A stretch of DNA of 64,000 nucleotides, from positions 2,118,961 through 2,182,960 of the forward strand of contig JBGLNQ010000001.1 of the NCBI GenBank assembly GCA_041322395.1. Reading direction: 5' to 3'. Under the pieces are notes generated by a model. It was not told the DNA's origin, searched no databases, and saw only the letters and a list, made by a program, of their open reading frames with translations. Each line of letters starts with the position of its first letter. The first letter of the stretch is position 1. This DNA is from Sedimentisphaerales bacterium. Lineage in GTDB: Bacteria > Planctomycetota > Phycisphaerae > Sedimentisphaerales > Anaerobacaceae. Below, one piece after another: positions 29,414 to 39,072 of the stretch. Made by a program: the position numbers and the translations under genes.

Positions 29414-29730
29414 GGCGTGCAATCAGCTCGTCCAGTGGGAGTCCCGGGATCATGCCGGCGGCTATAACGCGATAAACTCCAGTCCGCCACGACGGACTGT
29501 TTTCACAAACAATCAGCCCACTTTTTTGCAGTTGGGCCTTATTTTAGAACTTTTGCTTGCGTAACGGCGTAATGCCTTGTAGGATACAGTTTTTCGGCAA
29601 GCGTTTCTGTCCTGGAAGATGCTATTAAATTGGGCTGGGGTCAATTCCTCTCCTCTCACACTCCTCTGCGCCTCAGCCCAGTTTTCTACTCCGTGGCGTT
29701 CGTCGACAGCCCAACAGAGGTGGGGGGATG

Positions 29731-31581
29731 TTATTCTACGGTTACGCTTTTTGCGAGGTTTCTTGGTTTATCCACATCGTGTCCCCTGATTACTGCGGCG
29801 TGGTATGCGAGCAGTTGGAGCGGGATGACTGTTAGCAGCGGCTGGAAGATTTCGGGCGTTTTTGGCACTTCGATCAAGTGGTCGGCGTGTTTTTCGATGT
29901 TTTGGTCGCCTTCTGTTGCAACGACGATGGTTCTTCCGCCTCTTGCCCTAACCTCTTCTATGTTGCCCATGATTTTATCGTATTGCGGGCCTTGTGTTGC
30001 GATGAATACCGAGGGCATTCCATCGACGATGAGCGCTATCGGGCCGTGCTTCATCTCCGCAGCGGGGAGTCCTTCGGCGTGGATGTAGCTTATTTCCTTT
30101 AGCTTTAGGGCTCCTTCGAGTGCGACGGGGTAATTAAAGCCTCTGCCGAGGAATAGCCAGTTCTCTTCGTTGGCGTTTGCCGCGGCTATTTGTTTTATGT
30201 GGTCTGACTGGTCGAGTATTGCATTAATTTTTTCAGGTATTTTGGCGAGTTCCTGTATGTATTTTTCGGCCTGGCTGCTTGCGAGGTGTCTTCTTCTTCC
30301 GAGTTCGATAGCGAGCATTGCGAGCACCGTTACTTGTGCTGTGAATGCCTTTGTGCTTGCGACTCCTATTTCCGGTCCGACGTGCAGGTATATTCCGGCG
30401 TCCGTGGCTCTTGCTATCGACGAGCCGACGACATTTACTATTCCGAGTACGGTTGCCCCTCTTTCTTTCGCCTGTTCGACGGCTGCGAGGGTGTCTGCGG
30501 TTTCGCCTGATTGGCTTATTGCTATTACTACTGTTCGGTCTTCTATGATGGGATTGCGATAGCGGAATTCGCTTGCGTATTCGGTGTCGGTCGGGATTCT
30601 GGCGAGCTGCTCGAAGATGAATTCTCCGACGAGTCCTGCGTGGAATGCCGTTCCGCACGCGGTCATTATCAGGCGTTTTGTTCTTGTGAGTTCTCTGAGG
30701 TGATTTGCGATTCCTCCGAGTTTTATTTTGTAGTTCGCCAGGTCTAATCTTCCTCCCATGCATGTTGTCAGGACTTTTGGCTGCTCGAATATTTCTTTTA
30801 GCATGTGGTGTTCGAATCCGCCGAGTTCTATTTGTTCGAGTGAGAATTCGATTTCCTTGAGGTCTTTGGCGACGGTGACGTTGTTGATTGTTTTCGTGCT
30901 GAATTTTTGCGGTGTGACTATCACCATTTCGTTGTCATCCGGGTATATTGCCTGTGTTGTGTGTTCGACTATCGCTGCGGCGTCCGAGGCGAGGATGTAT
31001 TCGTTGTTTCCGACTCCGAGGATTAGCGGGCTTCCCTTTTTTGCTCCGATGAGTGTTTGCGGGTAATCGGCACAAAGAATCGCAAGGCCGTAGGCGCCGT
31101 GGAGTTCTCGCAGCGCTCTTTGGACGGCCCATTCGAATTTGTTTGATCCCGGTTCTTCGTTTTCATTGGCGTAGAACCAGCCGATCAAGTTTGCGATGAC
31201 TTCGGTATCTGTTTCGCTGGCGAATTTCACCCCTTCGTTTTGGAGCCAGGTTTTTAGTGTTGCGTAGTTTTCGATGATTCCGTTATGCACTACGGCGAAT
31301 TTTTTGGTGTAGTCGAGGTGCGGGTGGGCGTTTACGGTGTTTGGCTCGCCGTGTGTTGCCCATCTTGTATGTCCTATTCCAAGCGTATCTGTTTGAGCGG
31401 GCGGGTCGAGGATATCCTCGAGTGCGCTAATTCTTCCCTTGATTTTTTGTATTTTTATGGCTCCGTCGCCCAGGAGCGCTACTCCTGCGGAGTCGTATCC
31501 TCTGTATTCGAGCCTTTTTAGGCCTTCGACGAGTATCGGTTGTGCGGCTTTTTTTCCGAGATACGCTACTATTCCACACAT
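29731..31581 (-). CDS. glmS: glutamine--fructose-6-phosphate aminotransferase
   Basis: MCGIVAY N-terminal nucleophile, two SIS domains and C-terminal KSVTVE. Confidence 0.97.
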   Translation of the reverse strand: MCGIVAYLGKKAAQPILVEGLKRLEYRGYDSAGVALLGDGAIKIQKIKGRISALEDILDPPAQTDTLGIGHTRWATHGEPNTVNAHPHLDYTKKFAVVHNGIIENYATLKTWLQNEGVKFASETDTEVIANLIGWFYANENEEPGSNKFEWAVQRALRELHGAYGLAILCADYPQTLIGAKKGSPLILGVGNNEYILASDAAAIVEHTTQAIYPDDNEMVIVTPQKFSTKTINNVTVAKDLKEIEFSLEQIELGGFEHHMLKEIFEQPKVLTTCMGGRLDLANYKIKLGGIANHLRELTRTKRLIMTACGTAFHAGLVGEFIFEQLARIPTDTEYASEFRYRNPIIEDRTVVIAISQSGETADTLAAVEQAKERGATVLGIVNVVGSSIARATDAGIYLHVGPEIGVASTKAFTAQVTVLAMLAIELGRRRHLASSQAEKYIQELAKIPEKINAILDQSDHIKQIAAANANEENWLFLGRGFNYPVALEGALKLKEISYIHAEGLPAAEMKHGPIALIVDGMPSVFIATQGPQYDKIMGNIEEVRARGGRTIVVATEGDQNIEKHADHLIEVPKTPEIFQPLLTVIPLQLLAYHAAVIRGHDVDKPRNLAKSVTVE

Positions 31582-31776
31582 TCAGCCGTTCCTTAAGAAA
31601 TATGGTCCAAGTCGTTTAATCGGCACGAAAGAATGTTATCATAACTTAAGCTGCATTTGCAACGGGCTTGGTGCACTTAGCCATTAACCGGATGAACCTA
31701 AATTTGAGGGTATTCATGGGGGCGTATTCGTTAATCCTGTTTGACGGATGGGGGTTTATTGTGTTTAATCGGGGTT

Positions 31777-32391
31777 ATGATTGTTGTTATCGATTATAAT
31801 GTTGGCAATGTTAAGAGCGTTTGCAACGCTTTTCAGTATATCGGATGCGAGGTTGAGCTTAGCAGCGATGCGGGTGCGATTCGTGATGCTTTGGGGCTTG
31901 TTTTACCGGGCGTTGCGGCTTTTGGCTATGCGGTTGACGCTCTGGGGGCCACTGCTGAGGTGGTTAAGGAGGTTGCTTTGGCGGGTAAGCCTCTTTTGGG
32001 GATATGCGTTGGCTATCAGATGCTGTTCGAGGAGAGCAGCGAGTACGGGCGGCATGAGGGGCTTGGTTTGATTGGCGGTAAGGTTGGGGCGATTCCGCCT
32101 GGGCGGGTGATTCCGCATATGGGGTGGAATCTGGTGGATTTGCCGAGCGATATGGATTTGTTTGCGGGGCTTGGGGATGCGAAGCATTTCTATTTTGCGC
32201 ATTCGTTTTGTGCCGAGGTTGCGGATGAAAATGCAAAGGTTGCGTTTACGGACTACGGTTTTGATTTGGCGGCTTCCGTGCAAAAGGGCAATATTTATGG
32301 GACGCAGTTTCATCCTGAGAAGAGCGGGAAATACGGGCTGGAGATTCTGCGGAATTTTTATGATATTTGTGAGCGAGGCAGTAGGCACTAA
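31777..32391 (+). CDS. hisH: imidazole glycerol phosphate synthase, glutaminase subunit
   Basis: MIVVIDYNVGNVKSV, GICVGYQML (catalytic Cys) and FHPEKS. The start is set at ATG 31777. Confidence 0.92.
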   Translation: MIVVIDYNVGNVKSVCNAFQYIGCEVELSSDAGAIRDALGLVLPGVAAFGYAVDALGATAEVVKEVALAGKPLLGICVGYQMLFEESSEYGRHEGLGLIGGKVGAIPPGRVIPHMGWNLVDLPSDMDLFAGLGDAKHFYFAHSFCAEVADENAKVAFTDYGFDLAASVQKGNIYGTQFHPEKSGKYGLEILRNFYDICERGSRH

Positions 32392-32599
32392 GGCACTAAG
32401 GAGACCACAGATTTAGAAGAAATTCAAAATACGAAGCACAAAATACGAAACAATATCAAAATTCAAATTGACTAATGACCAAAACAGATTTACGGCGTGT
32501 GCAGCAAGCTGCACACCCTACAGATTAGAAGGGAACCGCCGATTTAGACACGGATTGACACTGTTGGCGTGGTTGGATTCCCGCTTTCGCGGGAATGAC
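32381..32599. repeat. intergenic repeat cluster (CACTAAGG words, family B hairpin, family A hairpin)
   Basis: gcactaaggcactaagg at about 32386-32402, gcgtgtgcagcaagctgcacaccctaca at 32495-32522, and ggattcccgctttcgcgggaatgac at 32575-32599. Confidence 0.8.
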
Positions 32600-32644
32600 A
32601 ATTTTGGCCAAGGCGGTTTTAATTAGAGAACGAGAAATTTAGTT

Positions 32645-33409
32645 ATGTTGACGAGACGGATTATTCCTTGTTTGGATGTTAAAGATAATCGTGTTGTTAA
32701 GGGTGTTAATTTTTTGAACCTTCGCGATGCGGGCGATCCTGTCGAGCTTGGGGCGCGGTATAGCGATGAGGGTGCGGATGAGCTGGTGTTTTTGGATATT
32801 ACCGCTACTATTCGTTCTCGCGAGACGATAGTCGATTTGGTCGAGCGTGTTGCGGAGAATGTTTTTATTCCGTTTACCGTGGGCGGGGGTATTAGCACGG
32901 TCGAGCATATGGATGCTCTTTTGCGTAGCGGGGCTGAGAAGGTTTCTGTAAATACGGCTGCGGTTGAGAATCCCGAGATTCTGACGGCAGGGGCCGAGCG
33001 GTTCGGGAGCCAGTGTGTTGTTTTGGCGATCGATGCGAGGCGGACGGTGGGGCAGGAGGGCAAATGGCATGTGACCGTTAAGGCGGGGACGGAGGCTACG
33101 GATATCGATGCGGTCGAGTGGGCGGCTCGGGGCGAGGAATTGGGGGCCGGGGAGATACTGCTGACGAGTATGGATGCCGACGGGACCAAGGCGGGATACG
33201 ATAACGAGCTTAACAGGGCGATCAGCGATGCGGTTAATATCCCTGTAATCGCATCCGGCGGGGCGGGGACGCTCGATCATCTCTACGACGCGATTGTGGA
33301 TGGGCATGCGGATGCCGTTTTGATGGCTTCGATTACGCACTTCGGCAATTACAGTATCAGACAGATCAAGGAATATCTGCGGGATCGGGGGATAGCGATG
33401 AATCTTTAA
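32645..33409 (+). CDS. hisF: imidazole glycerol phosphate synthase, cyclase subunit
   Basis: [16 protein letters not shown] and IASGGAG motifs. Confidence 0.95.
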   Translation: MLTRRIIPCLDVKDNRVVKGVNFLNLRDAGDPVELGARYSDEGADELVFLDITATIRSRETIVDLVERVAENVFIPFTVGGGISTVEHMDALLRSGAEKVSVNTAAVENPEILTAGAERFGSQCVVLAIDARRTVGQEGKWHVTVKAGTEATDIDAVEWAARGEELGAGEILLTSMDADGTKAGYDNELNRAISDAVNIPVIASGGAGTLDHLYDAIVDGHADAVLMASITHFGNYSIRQIKEYLRDRGIAMNL

Positions 33410-33535
33410 CGCGGTGTGTTTCGGGCGGGGTATTTTTTTGACGGCGGGGGATTATTATGCTACATAATGCGGAGCATTTGACAGGTTGAATGAATTTGGG
33501 CAGGAGAAATGACCGTGAGACTGCACGGGATAGAC

Positions 33536-35005
33536 TTATCTGAAGAGAAGATTGCGGCGTTTTGTCGTGGATATTTCCGCGCTTTTGTCTTTGACAAAAT
33601 CGTCAAGGCGCCGACCGGATATCTGGGCCGATTTGAATTTTCTGCTGCCCGCAACGAGTTCTATATTTCGTTTTTCACCCGGCATGGCCAAAAGCTTTAC
33701 GATTACCGGTTTGCCGGGTACATCCCGAACCACCTCATAATCACAGCCTTTGATGGCAAATTCGGTTTGCTTTGAAGTCGCCATCAGCAAACACGACCTG
33801 AACGGCAGAACCTCGACATCGACAACGTCACCTTTTTCAAATGTTCCGATCACCCGCTCGGTTGGATGATACTGGCGAAGCTTAACATTCGCCCCCACGG
33901 ACAACCCGATCTCTTCGTCAAGTTTGACCTTGCAGATAATTGGTTCCCAGCTAAGGTTTCTCAGCGTCAGCAGTCGCGTCCGGTCATCGCCGCGGGAAAC
34001 GGCCTTTTCGCCATAGCTCTCCTCGGGCAAAACCATTCCATCGACAAGTATATCACGGTATTTCCTGGCTAAGTTGAATATCCTGGCCAGCCTGGGGTAC
34101 TCATCATCGCGCAAAAACCACGGATTGCCGTAAAGCTGAGGCGCAAGAATAAGGCTCCTGTTAAAAGCCTGCAGGATCAAATCGTCCTCCCAGTAGTTCA
34201 GGCATGATGAGATGCAGACGCCGCTGTCCTCGGTAAGCCTCACCAGGTCCGGCACGACCTCGCGGGAAATGGCCCCGGCCCGGTGGTGCGGTGCGGTCTG
34301 GTTATTGACCATGTGGACATCGATATAGGTTTCTGCCCCGCCCAAAAGATAAGTTGTCGCGTACGGCAGACCTTTGCCGAGATCGAGCCGGTGGTTCAGG
34401 AGGATCAGGTCGGGCGAGTATTTGCGGCACTCGGTCATCATACGGATAAACGCATCCTGTTTTTCAGGACGCAACCCGCCGACAACACCGTCGAACTTTA
34501 ACAGTATAAACTCATAGTCCCGGCAGAGTTTGACCATCATGTCGATCCGCGACTGTTCCTCTTCGGGCGTATCGCCAAATCCGTCCGGTCCGCCCCATGT
34601 GCCCAGACGCGTGCCCATTGTCTTTGCCTTTTCGTAAATGGGCCTAAACCCGTTGGGGAACTGACGCCTGAATGCATCCGAATCCATTTTGCCATACCTG
34701 CCCGCCTTGTCGATGGCGCCGGCACTTATTCCATAAATATCCAGCACCATCCCATATTCATCGTGCAGCCACTTAAAAAAGTCAAGGTTCACCATTGTCT
34801 GCTCTTCGGTGCTTCCCTCGTTGGTGTTGTTTATCCATGAAGAGTACTCCGACTTGGATGGCGTTCGTTCATCGGCGCCGGGGTAAACCTTCTTTTCGCC
34901 GGCAGCAACCGGCTGGCCGGCCTGACACAAAGATACGCCAAAAAGGACGATAGTAATAACTGTTACAGTAAAGTTCGCTGTTAAAGACCTCGTGGCTGCT
35001 AACAT
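33536..35005 (-). CDS. secreted hypothetical protein, possibly glycoside-hydrolase-like
   Basis: Signal peptide. 489-aa ORF with good coding character, just downstream of the sulfatase on the same strand. The function is a guess. Confidence 0.65.
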   Translation of the reverse strand: MLAATRSLTANFTVTVITIVLFGVSLCQAGQPVAAGEKKVYPGADERTPSKSEYSSWINNTNEGSTEEQTMVNLDFFKWLHDEYGMVLDIYGISAGAIDKAGRYGKMDSDAFRRQFPNGFRPIYEKAKTMGTRLGTWGGPDGFGDTPEEEQSRIDMMVKLCRDYEFILLKFDGVVGGLRPEKQDAFIRMMTECRKYSPDLILLNHRLDLGKGLPYATTYLLGGAETYIDVHMVNNQTAPHHRAGAISREVVPDLVRLTEDSGVCISSCLNYWEDDLILQAFNRSLILAPQLYGNPWFLRDDEYPRLARIFNLARKYRDILVDGMVLPEESYGEKAVSRGDDRTRLLTLRNLSWEPIICKVKLDEEIGLSVGANVKLRQYHPTERVIGTFEKGDVVDVEVLPFRSCLLMATSKQTEFAIKGCDYEVVRDVPGKPVIVKLLAMPGEKRNIELVAGSRKFKSAQISGRRLDDFVKDKSAEISTTKRRNLLFR

Positions 35006-35046
35006 TTTGTTCCCTTTCCGGAATTCCGGTTAAGTGGCTACAGTTT

Positions 35047-36438
35047 TTATGGTTTCTTCTTCCGTTCAGGCTTGGGTGGCTGAATGACCTTCTTTTCCGG
35101 GTAATCGTTTCCTTCATAACTGTTGATGACAGATAACTGCCACGCCTGAAGCTCTTCTTTCATGCGCTTGACCACTTCGGGTTTCTGCGCCGCAATATCG
35201 TTGGCCTCGGAGATGTCCGTGGTCAGGTCATAGAGCTCCCACGTATCGGGCTTGGGTTTGACCAGTTTATAGCGATTGTCGCTCCATGCCGACGGCCCGG
35301 AATTTGGTGTGAACTTACCGCCCTCTCTATACTGCCAGAATCCCATCGGTTTGGGACGCCTGGCCATCTTCCCTTCCAATAACGGCATCAGGCTGATGCC
35401 GTCGATCGGTTTCACCTGGTTGGGGACATCAATATCCAGCAGATCAACCAGTGTCGGGTAGATATCAACAACGCCTGCGGGCAATTCGTTGATCGCTGGT
35501 TTGGTGATTTTCGCAGGCCACTCAATAATACCCGGCACGCGAATGCCGCCTTCCCAAATCTGACCCTTTTGGCCGCGAAGCGCGCCATTGGTGCCGCGGT
35601 CGCTTGGATTTTTTGCGCCGAGCCAGCCTCCGTTGTCGCTGCTGAACCAGAGCATGGTGTTGTCGGCGATCCCCAGCTTGCGCAAACCGGCACGCAAAGT
35701 GCCCATGCTGCGGTCCACGGCGATAAGCTCGCCATAGTATCCTGAGCCGCCGGCGGCTTCGAGATCCTTCGGCAGCGGCTTACATGGAATGTGCGGGCTG
35801 CCAAACCAGATCAAGGTAAAGAACGGCTTGTCTTCTTTGGCCGCCTTCTCGATATATTTCAACGCCTGTGCAACAATGGCATCCGAGCCGTCGCCCTCGA
35901 CCTTTACCGGTACGCCGTTGCGGCCAAAGGTCCAGTCCAGTTCAAAGTAGTTAGTGACTGAAAACGACTCGTCAAAACCGACATTGAGAGGCGACAGCGG
36001 ATCGTCATTGGCGATAACCTGACCGGGCCCGGCAACGCCGTTGAGGTGCCACTTGCCAAAATGCGATGTCACGTAGCCGGCACGCTTCATGGCTTGGGCC
36101 AAATTTGTCTCCTGAACACGCAGACGCTGGCCGGGCCAGAAAACGCCCTGGCGATTGGGGTGGCGACCCGTCATAATGCAGGCGCGTGCCGGCGAGCAAC
36201 TCGGCTGCGAGTAGAAGCGATTGAAGCGCATCCCGGCGGCGGCCATGGCATCGAGATTGGGCGTCTGGACCTTCGTCAACCCATTGTAGCCGGTATCGCC
36301 CCAGCCTTGATCATCGGACATGCACAGCACAATATTCGGTTTTTTAGCCGGCCCTCGAAGCGCGGGTTTCAGACAACCGGGCGCCGGCAGCACCAAAACG
36401 CCTAACGCGCCTGCCTTTAGAAAGTCTCTTCGTTTCAT
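35047..36438 (-). CDS. formylglycine-dependent sulfatase (arylsulfatase family) with Tat-like signal
   Basis: MKRRDFLKAGALG signal, SCSPARACIMTGR (CxPxR) and GKWH. The start is set at ATG 36438. Confidence 0.92.
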   Translation of the reverse strand: MKRRDFLKAGALGVLVLPAPGCLKPALRGPAKKPNIVLCMSDDQGWGDTGYNGLTKVQTPNLDAMAAAGMRFNRFYSQPSCSPARACIMTGRHPNRQGVFWPGQRLRVQETNLAQAMKRAGYVTSHFGKWHLNGVAGPGQVIANDDPLSPLNVGFDESFSVTNYFELDWTFGRNGVPVKVEGDGSDAIVAQALKYIEKAAKEDKPFFTLIWFGSPHIPCKPLPKDLEAAGGSGYYGELIAVDRSMGTLRAGLRKLGIADNTMLWFSSDNGGWLGAKNPSDRGTNGALRGQKGQIWEGGIRVPGIIEWPAKITKPAINELPAGVVDIYPTLVDLLDIDVPNQVKPIDGISLMPLLEGKMARRPKPMGFWQYREGGKFTPNSGPSAWSDNRYKLVKPKPDTWELYDLTTDISEANDIAAQKPEVVKRMKEELQAWQLSVINSYEGNDYPEKKVIQPPKPERKKKP

Positions 36439-37238
36439 ATGAATCCTTGTAATCCTCGAAACATTCAATCTGCATAAATTCGGTCTGTTTGAGTAATTAA
36501 CCGTTCACGGGTATTTTTATAGTATTGGGCAACACACCCAAGATCAAATAACCATCTCTTAACCGGGATTTCCAATATAACATTGTATGTCTCAGCCTGG
36601 CTAATTGTGATATCTTCTTTTGCCATCGTGGCGCAACAATACGGGATCAAATGACATAAATCAAGAACAAAAGCGAAGAAAGCAACCTAAAAACCTCTCT
36701 GTACTACAATCCGTCAGCTTCTTGTTTTTTGTGCGTGTTTTTTCGACAAGGCTGACGTAATTGTTTAGATAATTGCGTTTATCGCATTGTGGGCAACAGC
36801 ATATATGCACTATAAGCGGGCAGTGCCGCGAAAGACGCCGCCCCATGCCGTATCCCGCTATTGAAACGCTCGGCTCGCCCGCCAGGCTTGCCCAATCCTG
36901 CCTGATGGCAATGGGATTATCCCTTGTACATGCCGTTGCCTTAAAGCGTTAAATCCAAAAGAGATAAGCCAAAACAGCCTTTACTGTTCACCAACTGTTT
37001 TGGGTGAGAACCAGTTTTTTAGTTTGGTTGCGGCTGAGCGAAGCGAAGCCGCGACGGGGAAATTCGTGGCTAAGTCTTCGTGTCTTAATGCCTTAGTGGC
37101 AAGAAAAATGAAAAAACTCCGCGTAAAAGGAATCACAACAAACGTACCAAGCACAATAATAAGCGCCCTGCGCATCACCTCTCCTTAGGACTCATTACCT
37201 GCGTTCGACTCATCCGAGGCCTCCTCGACCTCGCCCGA

Positions 37239-38408
37239 CTATTCTTGATCTTCCTCTCCGCATTCAGCGATGTCTGTGATTACCTTCTGCTCGCTCTCAG
37301 TGTTTCCAGGGTCGTCCTTGTAGTCATTTAGTAGCATCTTTCCATATACTTCGGCAAATCCCTTAAGCTGCGCATCCGAACTAAGTATTGAATACAAATT
37401 AAATCTATTCTCTTTGATCCCCAGTGCCTTATAGATTGCCGCGTGGAGTTCATTGCAATTCTTATGTGTACTTGCGATCAGAGCAACGAAATATTTTGTG
37501 AGTCTTTCGCGCCAATGCAAAATTCCTTCTTGTGTGCACGCCGTCAAAAATTCGCACGAAGTGTGTACAATGTCGTTCACAAACGAAGCTTGCATTAACT
37601 TCTGATACTGTGGTTCTATGTCATCTCGCAGATCGGGGTCAAGCAACGCTACCCCAGCGAAATGCTGAAAAATCAAGAGGAGGTACTGGGCTCTCTCAAA
37701 TCCGGGCCTGCCCTTCCCTAATTGATACGCATCCTTAATCGCCTCGTAAAACTCCTGTCCTATTTCACGGCTTGCTAAGATGTTGAACAGATTTGCTATA
37801 TCTTCCGGCACTTTGCCAAGCCTTTGAATGAGGGCCCTGGTCTCCTCATTCCTCAGATCGCTATACAACTGTGCCATATCCCTTTTGATATTTGCATCGA
37901 GTTGGCGCACTTCATCTCTAATCCTTTCGTGCGTCTGTAGAATGGACTTGCTCTGCTCTGTCAAGACTGTCACGTTTTTGACCTGCCTCCCTATGTAGAT
38001 CCCCAGGCTAACGAGCAAGAAAGCCACTATTATCCCAAAAATTCCAACTATGATCCCAAAAACTGCCAACGCGTAAGAAGCTCCCGATATGCTCGTGTTT
38101 ACGTTGCTGATTGCTTCTTCGTTACATCGCATCTGGAATGCAACTCTTTCCTTTATATCCGTTTTCGTTTCTTCCAGTTCGCGTTTGAGATCATTTATCT
38201 CCGCGGTCATCAATCTGGACATCTCCGCATGCCTCTTCTGTAAGGCTTCAATGCCAGAATCATTAGGTTCTCTTTCTAACTGTGTCTCTCGTTGTCCACC
38301 GGTCTCACCAGCGGAAGCCAAACCCTGCGCTGCCGTTACGCCTATAACGGCAATCAAGACAAACACCAACACTCTCAACCTTCGTTCAAATCTGCTTGCG
38401 TTTCGCAT
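37239..38408 (-). CDS. orphan membrane protein: signal/TM anchor, coiled coil, long hydrophobic segment, cytoplasmic helical domain
   Basis: 389-aa ORF. By eye the GC content is clearly lower than in neighbouring genes. Hydrophobic stretch YALAVFGIIVGIFGIIVAFLLVSLGIYIG. No family recognised. Confidence 0.7.
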   Translation of the reverse strand: MRNASRFERRLRVLVFVLIAVIGVTAAQGLASAGETGGQRETQLEREPNDSGIEALQKRHAEMSRLMTAEINDLKRELEETKTDIKERVAFQMRCNEEAISNVNTSISGASYALAVFGIIVGIFGIIVAFLLVSLGIYIGRQVKNVTVLTEQSKSILQTHERIRDEVRQLDANIKRDMAQLYSDLRNEETRALIQRLGKVPEDIANLFNILASREIGQEFYEAIKDAYQLGKGRPGFERAQYLLLIFQHFAGVALLDPDLRDDIEPQYQKLMQASFVNDIVHTSCEFLTACTQEGILHWRERLTKYFVALIASTHKNCNELHAAIYKALGIKENRFNLYSILSSDAQLKGFAEVYGKMLLNDYKDDPGNTESEQKVITDIAECGEEDQE

Positions 38409-38676
38409 TATTCCACCTACATATCAAAGAAAACCAAAGAACTAAGAAAATCAGAACCGCTCTTCTTCTCGCAACGCTAGCAACGCCGTTCCCAGTACTC
38501 GCTACCTGCGTCTTTAACCCTGTAGTGTAGCAAAATGATGCAAAAATGGAAATACTAAAAAAAATAAGAACCTCAAAAAACTGCCCGTTTGAGAATGAAA
38601 AATGTCGAATGAGGAATGTCGAACAAGGATTTGGTCGAGACTATTTGACTAATAAGTTTAGTTTCTGTAAGTCCTT

Positions 38677-39009
38677 GTGGGCAAACAGAGGGGAGAAATG
38701 ACTCTATCTCCCCGCAGCGAGGCATATTTCTGGCCGGAACTTTGGAAGGCAGAGCCTAATGACGTGGTCGGGCCGATAAAGGGAAGGCACATCAGGGGGT
38801 TCAAATGGCGCCTCGTCCGCATTATCGAGAAAAATCCGGGAACGATACCGGAATTATCCGAGAATGTGGCCAGCCGAGTCAAGCGCACAATCCTCAATGA
38901 AAAAAGCCTTGCGCTAATGAATAAATACAACACCCAACTCCTGGAGAAATACCCCCACAAAATCTACACCAACCGAATAAAAGACATCAACCCCCTCGAC
39001 ATACCTTAA
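38677..39009 (+). pseudogene. 3' fragment of a PpiC/SurA-like peptidyl-prolyl isomerase gene
   Basis: ...NDVVGPIKGRHIRGFKWRLVRIIEK...VASRVKRTILNEKSLALMNKYNTQLLEKY resembles the end of a parvulin domain plus its C-terminal tail. No N-terminal part is present. Confidence 0.45.
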
Positions 39010-39072
39010 GCGGGTATGGCCCGATATACTCGATAACGGCTCTTTGAAATCGACGGACGAATTTAGTTATCC

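Noticed and set aside
31582-31776. Looked for a glmS ribozyme upstream of glmS.
   Set aside because: None of the conserved glmS ribozyme core sequence is recognisable, and this element is not expected in this lineage.
33509-33775. An 88-aa plus-strand ORF with a promoter-like TTGACG-N17-TACATA element and an AGGAG upstream, antisense to the 3' end of the 489-aa gene.
   Set aside because: The minus-strand frame over the same bases reads like a genuine beta-sandwich C-terminus. The plus ORF has no recognisable family motif and an RBS spacing of only 2 nt. It is treated as a shadow ORF.
36465-37178. Three 61-65-aa ORFs on the minus strand between the sulfatase and the 389-aa gene.
   Set aside because: There are no family motifs. 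One is largely encoded by a dispersed word repeat (FLATKALRHEDLA). They were left unannotated, although the first (36465-36650) ends about 30 nt upstream of the sulfatase start and could be real.
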